Below are positions 62,429 to 64,000 of a stretch of DNA of 64,000 bases, piece after piece (within the stretch, counting starts at the first letter, position 1; every line of letters starts with the position of its first letter). The translations under genes and the position numbers were made by a program. The notes below the pieces were generated by a model that saw only the letters and a list, made by a program, of their open reading frames with translations, did not search any database and was not told the DNA's origin. The stretch comes from Candidatus Latescibacterota bacterium (GTDB lineage Bacteria; Latescibacterota; UBA2968): positions 3,872,001 to 3,936,000 of the forward strand of contig OZ242195.1 in the NCBI GenBank assembly GCA_965205975.1, read 5' to 3'.

Positions 62429-63955
62429 ATGCCCACCGACCAAAAAGAAGCCCTCATCATCGTAGATCAACCCACCGAACTGGGTCGGGACCTGCGCGTC
62501 GAACTCGAAGAACTCGGCTGGCAAACCCTCGTGACCAACAGTGCGAGACCCGCCAGAAAACTGATCTCTGAAAACCAGTTTGACCTGCTCATCCTGGACG
62601 AAACCACATTGCCCGAAGCCGACGTACAACTCGCCGACATATTATCTGAGCAACCTGAAAAAATCCCCATCTTCGCAATCGCCACCCTGGACGGCACCCA
62701 ACTCCAAACAGCACCCTCATTAGACCCCGATGCCCTGCTCTCCTATCCGCTCATTCCCGCAGAATTGCAAGACGCCCTGACGCAAAAACGCACCCGACCC
62801 GACACCACGATCCTCGGACGCTCAGACGCCATACAACAAATCCGGGAAAGCGTGGCACAAATCGCGCCCACCCCCGTCAGCGTACTCATCACAGGAGAAA
62901 GCGGCTCCGGAAAAAATCTCATCGCCGAAGCCATCCACCGGCAAAGCGTGCGCAGCGACGAACCATTTCTCATCATCAACTGCGGCGCAATCCCCGAAAC
63001 CCTCCTCGAAAGCGAACTCTTCGGCCATGAAAAAGGCGCATTTACCGACGCGCGCACGCAGCGATCTGGCATCTTTGAAGCCGCCAACCGCGGCACCGTC
63101 TTCCTCGATGAAATCGGCGAAATGTCCCTCTCTGCACAGGTGCGCTTATTGCGCGTCCTCGACGCCAAAGAAGTCACCCGCCTGGGCAGCACCGCCCCAA
63201 TAGCCGTTGACGTCCGCGTCATAGCCGCCACCAATCGCAACCTGCAACAAGCCGTTGCCGAAGGCAAATTCAGGCAAGACCTCTACCAGCGCCTTCGCGT
63301 CATCGAAATCGAAATGCCCCCACTGCGCGCCCACCCCCAGGACATCCCCCTCATCGCGCAAAACATCATCCAAAAACAAAGCGACGAACTGCACATGCCC
63401 CCCATTGAATTTGCGCCCGACGCGATGAACGCACTCCAGCAATACCACTGGCCGGGCAATGTCCGGGAACTCATCAACCTCATCGAACGCCTCATGGTCT
63501 TATCCAAAACCCGACACATAACCGCCGTGGACCTCGCGCAACACCTCGCCACAACCCCGGAGACAGAACCCTCTTATCTCCCTGTCCTCGCGGGCAAAAC
63601 ACCTGCAGAATCCGATCGCGACCTCCTCTACTGGGCAATACTCGAAGTCGCCAAAGACGTCAAAGAACTCAAAGTCTATATCATGCAAAGCATGCAAACG
63701 CCTGTACAAAATACACCAACACCCGTCCTACCCGTCTATGACACACCTATAGAAGACACAGAAATCAAAGAAACCGCAGGTGCAGGTTTAAAACCTGCAC
63801 CTACCGAAGAAGACATACGCCCCTTGCGAGAACTCGAACGCGAAGCCATCGCCAATGCCCTGCGCGTAACCGGCGGGCACCGCGAACGCACCGCAAAACT
63901 CCTCGGCATGGCCGTACGCACCCTCTATCGCAAAATTGATCAATACGATTTGTAG
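62429..63955 (+). CDS. Sigma-54-dependent Fis-family transcriptional regulator with degenerate receiver domain
   Basis: GESGSGK, ESELFGHEKGAFTDA, FLDEIGE, WPGNVREL, C-terminal HTH. Confidence 0.93.
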   Translation: MPTDQKEALIIVDQPTELGRDLRVELEELGWQTLVTNSARPARKLISENQFDLLILDETTLPEADVQLADILSEQPEKIPIFAIATLDGTQLQTAPSLDPDALLSYPLIPAELQDALTQKRTRPDTTILGRSDAIQQIRESVAQIAPTPVSVLITGESGSGKNLIAEAIHRQSVRSDEPFLIINCGAIPETLLESELFGHEKGAFTDARTQRSGIFEAANRGTVFLDEIGEMSLSAQVRLLRVLDAKEVTRLGSTAPIAVDVRVIAATNRNLQQAVAEGKFRQDLYQRLRVIEIEMPPLRAHPQDIPLIAQNIIQKQSDELHMPPIEFAPDAMNALQQYHWPGNVRELINLIERLMVLSKTRHITAVDLAQHLATTPETEPSYLPVLAGKTPAESDRDLLYWAILEVAKDVKELKVYIMQSMQTPVQNTPTPVLPVYDTPIEDTEIKETAGAGLKPAPTEEDIRPLRELEREAIANALRVTGGHRERTAKLLGMAVRTLYRKIDQYDL

Positions 63956-64000
63956 AATTTCTCGGAACCATCTCATAGTGTCGTGGGTCTAATCGTCGAA

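Larger units (their letters stand above)
191..63804 (-). repeat. Dispersed GTAG-type REP-like palindromes, about 25 copies (e.g. 191-218, 1977-2010, 16114-16141, 17934-17959, 18742-18766, 20687-20712, 21275-21300, 21320-21345, 22937-22960, 22965-22989, 26478-26502, 28332-28354, 30660-30683, 30823-30846, 32977-33004, 41348-41372, 44161-44186, 46621-46673, 53302-53328, 56170-56193, 57544-57570, 58522-58544, 63776-63804)
   Basis: GC-rich hairpin followed by CCTAC on + (GTAGG on -); stems vary with compensatory changes. Confidence 0.9.

Overview
Bacterial chromosomal window with a very strong strand skew (+ strand C/A-rich, so probably the lagging strand). Sulfatases, FGE, and secreted proteins with FlgD/T9SS-type C-termini and dockerin-like domains suggest an FCB-group lineage such as Latescibacterota or Gemmatimonadota; this is inference only. 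Housekeeping genes (gpmI, rlmB-like, TRAP, rpsF-rpsR-rplI, hppA, pth, rplY, ispE) are interleaved with five notable items. (1) A complete UBact-type ubiquitin-like/20S proteasome operon (arc-dop-ubact-prcB-prcA-pafA) with several non-canonical motifs. (2) Three tandem large secreted proteins with dockerin-like, cohesin-like and C-terminal sorting domains. (3) Directly upstream of these, a modular, partly duplicated cassette region holding two GT-C glycosyltransferases, Rpn genes and fragments with internal RpnS-like starts, and TA genes. (4) Several other TA modules (DUF4160-type and two Panacea-type). (5) At least five families of short intergenic repeats that are nested in each other, strand-polarised, and sometimes supply stop codons or sit in frame inside a gene. 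No rRNA, tRNA or CRISPR array was recognised. All family assignments come from motif recognition by eye, not from database searches.
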